A DNA stretch of 64,000 bases from contig JALHOO010000002.1 of the NCBI GenBank assembly GCA_022842945.1, positions 25,030-89,029 of the forward strand, read 5' to 3'. Below the pieces are notes generated by a model. It did not search any database. It was given only the letters and a program-made list of their open reading frames with translations, and had not been told where the DNA came from. The translations under genes and the position numbers were made by a program. How positions within the stretch are numbered: position 1 is the stretch's first letter; each line of letters starts with the position of its first letter. This stretch comes from Minisyncoccota bacterium. Its GTDB lineage: Bacteria; Patescibacteriota; Minisyncoccia; Phycocordibacterales; Phycocordibacteraceae. Shown in pieces: positions 60,902-64,000 of the stretch.

Positions 60902-61738
60902 TCATGTAGGGCGATAGTCGTGCAATCGTCGTACGATGGTTATCTGGCCGTTTCCGTTTCTCTGCTGGTCGAAGATAACCTGCGCCAACGGCTGAACGAT
61001 AGCCCTGCCGTAAGGTTCAGCGACGGTAACGTTGAAGCAGTTCTTACTGTCCACCATAACCACCACGTGGCGTCCTTTGAGTTCCGTCCAGAACAGCAGG
61101 TCGCCTCGGCGAAGGTCCGAGTAGTCAACGGCAACCGTTACCGGTTTCCCCAACATCTTCGACTGCGGCATGGAATCGCGCGGACACGGGATACCTGCGG
61201 CGATACAGGCAGATTGAACAGCTGAAGAACAGTCGAACAGACTGCTTCTCCATCCCCAGCCGTACTCGACGCCCTGTTCTGCATCTCCAAGCTTTAGAAG
61301 TTCAGATACGAAGTCAGGAGCCTTGTATCCGATCGGCACGAGCCGGCGCGCAAACACCCACCCCAAACCATGTACTTCGCACATGGGTCCTTCAGGGGTT
61401 TTAACCGTCCGAACTACCGTTACAAGAGAGTTGAGGTAGAGCGTACCGGTGATGCGCTTCTTGAAGTCCGATTGATTGTAGATCCCCGCGGTACGTTCAC
61501 TGACTCGATGTGTCGCGGCTTCTGACAGGCCTTGTATAACATCGCTCGTCTTCATGTACCCGCTGTACTCATCGAGATCCGTAACGACCTGTAGCCAATC
61601 TTGACTGGTCTTCACGATGGCAAGGGACTCTCCGAAGAGCGCCTGCGTCTCAAGCGCCGAATCGATTGAAGGGTCGCGGTAGATGCCAGTGAAGCTGACA
61701 CCGACCCGACCTCTTATCTGTGTAGGTGTCTTGAACAT
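60902..61738 (-). CDS. SH3 plus NlpC/P60 cysteine peptidase (YkfC/dipeptidyl-peptidase VI-like)
   Basis: ETQALFGE, YGWG..DCSS, PRDS..Q, GDLLFW..HV; no signal peptide. Confidence 0.88.
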   Translation of the reverse strand: MFKTPTQIRGRVGVSFTGIYRDPSIDSALETQALFGESLAIVKTSQDWLQVVTDLDEYSGYMKTSDVIQGLSEAATHRVSERTAGIYNQSDFKKRITGTLYLNSLVTVVRTVKTPEGPMCEVHGLGWVFARRLVPIGYKAPDFVSELLKLGDAEQGVEYGWGWRSSLFDCSSAVQSACIAAGIPCPRDSMPQSKMLGKPVTVAVDYSDLRRGDLLFWTELKGRHVVVMVDSKNCFNVTVAEPYGRAIVQPLAQVIFDQQRNGNGQITIVRRLHDYRPT

Positions 61739-61816
61739 GGCGTGTTCCTTCTTTGTGACCACAATACGACATTACGTCGTTCCGCTATTGAGCCTACACC
61801 TCTACCTAAAAGAAGA

Positions 61817-61838
61817 AAAGCCCGCATCTGCGGGCTTT
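61817..61838 (-). terminator. Terminator after rpsG
   Basis: AAAGCCCGCA-tc-TGCGGGCTTT. Confidence 0.8.
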
Positions 61839-61855
61839 CTCTCTACAAAACGTGC

Positions 61856-62320
61856 TTACCAAGCGAAGTGTGCGAAGGCCTTGTTCGCGTCTGCCATGCG
61901 GTGCATGTCGTCCTTCTTCTTGATAGCCGAACCTTCGTTCTTTGCGGCCATGAGGATCTCGGATGCGAGACGCTCTGCCATTGGCTTGCCCTTCTGAGCG
62001 CGCGCAGCATTGATGAGCCAGCGGTACGCGAGTGCGATGCGGCGCTGCTGCGGAACCTCGCGAGGAACCTGGTAGTTAGCACCTCCCACACGGCGAGAGC
62101 GGACCTCCATGAGTGGAGCCACGTTGCGGATAGCAGTCTCGAAGGTCTCGAGCGGGTCGAGTTCCTGTGCCTTGATCAAATCAAGTGCGCCGTATACGAG
62201 CTTGCGGGCGGTGTCCTTCTTTCCGTCCCACATAACAGTGTTAATGAAACGAGAGATAGCCTCCGAGTTGTATACGAGGTCAGGGCGGCGAGGGTACTTG
62301 TTCTTTAGGGGATGTCGCAT
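61856..62320 (-). CDS. rpsG: 30S ribosomal protein uS7
   Basis: DGKK..A, EVRSRRVGGANYQVP, HRMADANKAFAHF. Confidence 0.98.
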   Translation of the reverse strand: MRHPLKNKYPRRPDLVYNSEAISRFINTVMWDGKKDTARKLVYGALDLIKAQELDPLETFETAIRNVAPLMEVRSRRVGGANYQVPREVPQQRRIALAYRWLINAARAQKGKPMAERLASEILMAAKNEGSAIKKKDDMHRMADANKAFAHFAW

Positions 62321-62337
62321 GGTATCTGTACGTAAAA

Positions 62338-62748
62338 CTACGCCTTAGGCTTCTTAGCACCGTACTTCGAGCGTCCACGGCGGCGCTTATCAAGGCCAGC
62401 GGTGTCGAGGCGTCCACGAACGATGGTGTACTGCACACCGATGTCCTTCACGCGTCCACCACGGAGCATAACCACGGAGTGCTCCTGGAGGTTGTGTCCC
62501 TCTCCTGGGATGTAGGCGGTTACCTCCATCTGGTTGGTGAGCTTCACACGAGCGATCTTACGAATAGCCGAGTTCGGCTTGCGGGGAGTCTTAGTTGTTA
62601 CTTTCACACACACGCCACGCTTGAACGGCGCCGGGTAGAACGTAGGGCGGTTCTTAAGCGTGTTGAACCCACGTCCAAGAGCCACGACCTTGGTCTTGCG
62701 ACTGGTGGTCTTGCGGGCCTTCTTTGTGAGCTGGTTGATAGTCGACAT
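62338..62748 (-). CDS. rpsL: 30S ribosomal protein uS12
   Basis: [32 protein letters not shown]. Confidence 0.98.
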   Translation of the reverse strand: MSTINQLTKKARKTTSRKTKVVALGRGFNTLKNRPTFYPAPFKRGVCVKVTTKTPRKPNSAIRKIARVKLTNQMEVTAYIPGEGHNLQEHSVVMLRGGRVKDIGVQYTIVRGRLDTAGLDKRRRGRSKYGAKKPKA

Positions 62749-62761
62749 GTGTGAAGTAAAA

Positions 62762-62812
62762 ACTCCCCGGGGGAGTCAAAAGCACTATATAAGAGAGCCC
62801 TTATAAATGCAA
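62762..62812 (-). promoter_or_regulatory. rpsL promoter with leader mini-hairpin
   Basis: TTGCAT-17-TATAGT; ACTCCC-ccg-GGGAGT followed by TTTT. Confidence 0.75.
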
Positions 62813-62887
62813 ACCAGCAGGCAGACTTTATCGTTCTCCTTCCTTTTCTAGAGGTTTTTCCTATCCTTTGGTGCGTATGGTACGAGC

Positions 62888-64000
62888 ATGCCAAAAACCA
62901 TAGCCTTTCTTTTGTCTTTTACGCTCGCAGGCCTGCTTCCAGTCCCCCTACAGGCCGATTTCGTCCCTGAAGCGCCTATATACGCCACATTTGAGAATCA
63001 GCAGAACCTGCTCCTATATATAGGTACAGATGCAGGACCGCTCGCCACCTCAAGCATTGCCAGCAGGACCCCATTACATCTTTCCTACACGCTCGAATAC
63101 GGACCTAATCTGTTCACGCATCCAGATTACACAGAGACAATGAAAGAAGCGTATTTTCTCGCCATGCTCGAGGACTACGAAACCTACCTTGAGATCTGGA
63201 GCGGCGAACCTTTTACGTCTAGCGCGTCTGTTCTACAGACTATTCCTCTCCCCTCCACTCCCTCAGGTTCTACTACCCTAGACCCACTTAGTCCCGGAAC
63301 ATACTTCCTTGTGCTGTACCAGACAAATAACCTAAGGAATAAGACGCTGTACTGCGAACGAAATGACATATCTCCTGAGGGATGCGCCGAGGAGGATCGT
63401 TTCCCTGAATATCCTCTTTCTGAGACACGGGCATACTTTGCACGCTCCCTAGACTCTGAGGAGCCGTTCTCAAACGCGTTCCCCAGCACCTACGCAGGCA
63501 CCCGACTTACCGTACCGGCGCCCCAAGGGGCTTCTAATGTTCTTTTTCTACCAGGCATCAAGGGGAGCCGACTATACGACAGCGAGGGAAAGAAAGTATG
63601 GGAGCCCTTTGGCAATCACGATATCGAGTCGCTCATGCTTTCGCCGCTTGGAAAGAGTGTTTCTGACGGCATACATACAACTCCTAATGGCATTATCGAC
63701 ACCGTTGCGCTATTCACGGACATCTACGGGTCCTTTAGTCGAGTAATGGACGAATTGGTTACGGACGACATTATCTCCGCCTGGCGCGCGCTTCCCTATG
63801 ACTGGCGCCTTTCTCTTCCGGATATCGTACAGGGAGGCACCTATGTAGACGAACGTCTTTCCTATATAGGTGCGTCTACTCTGCCGGCAATACGCACAAA
63901 TCTCGAGGAGCTCGCTCGCTCCTCAAAAAGCGGAAAGGTCACTATCGTCGCACACAGCAATGGCGGACTCGTTGCGAAGGAACTCATGCGCACACTCGGA
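62888..64000 (+). CDS. Secreted LCAT/PGAP1-like alpha/beta-hydrolase (lipase/acyltransferase), partial
   Basis: Own translation: signal peptide MPKTIAFLLSFTLAGLLPVPLQA, VLFLPGIKGS, PYDWR, IVAHSNGGLV; open to the window end. Confidence 0.85.
   Translation, partial: MPKTIAFLLSFTLAGLLPVPLQADFVPEAPIYATFENQQNLLLYIGTDAGPLATSSIASRTPLHLSYTLEYGPNLFTHPDYTETMKEAYFLAMLEDYETYLEIWSGEPFTSSASVLQTIPLPSTPSGSTTLDPLSPGTYFLVLYQTNNLRNKTLYCERNDISPEGCAEEDRFPEYPLSETRAYFARSLDSEEPFSNAFPSTYAGTRLTVPAPQGASNVLFLPGIKGSRLYDSEGKKVWEPFGNHDIESLMLSPLGKSVSDGIHTTPNGIIDTVALFTDIYGSFSRVMDELVTDDIISAWRALPYDWRLSLPDIVQGGTYVDERLSYIGASTLPAIRTNLEELARSSKSGKVTIVAHSNGGLVAKELMRTLG

Overview
This is a chromosomal segment of a Patescibacteria/CPR bacterium, most likely Parcubacteria. 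The evidence is genetic code 11 with TGA stops, no rpmD/uL30 between rpsE and rplO, CPR-type pilins, a type IV pilus locus without a secretin, and the ligA-gatC-gatA synteny. From left to right it contains: a partial secreted adhesin; an ArsR(BigR/SqrR-like)-rhodanese-persulfide dioxygenase operon with a perfect 12-2-12 operator; an initiator tRNA-fMet gene split by a 249-nt group I intron; gatCA and ligA; a complete type IV pilus/competence locus; tRNA-Ser(GCU); cell-wall hydrolases; malic enzyme; recG; a rare tRNA-Ile(UAU); ftsH/smpB/tmRNA; infC-rpmI-rplT; nucleotide kinases; the str-S10-spc ribosomal cluster; and a partial secreted LCAT-like lipase. Two window-wide patterns stand out. (1) Native genes are leaderless or lack Shine-Dalgarno (SD) sequences. 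(2) The ribosomal superoperon is cut into separately promoted pieces by short self-contained cassettes (promoter, strong SD, orphan or Alphaproteobacteria-like ORF, hairpin), a candidate SD-gated or host-derived gene class. I saw no CRISPR array, transposase or integrase. All protein assignments come from motif recognition; no database search was run.
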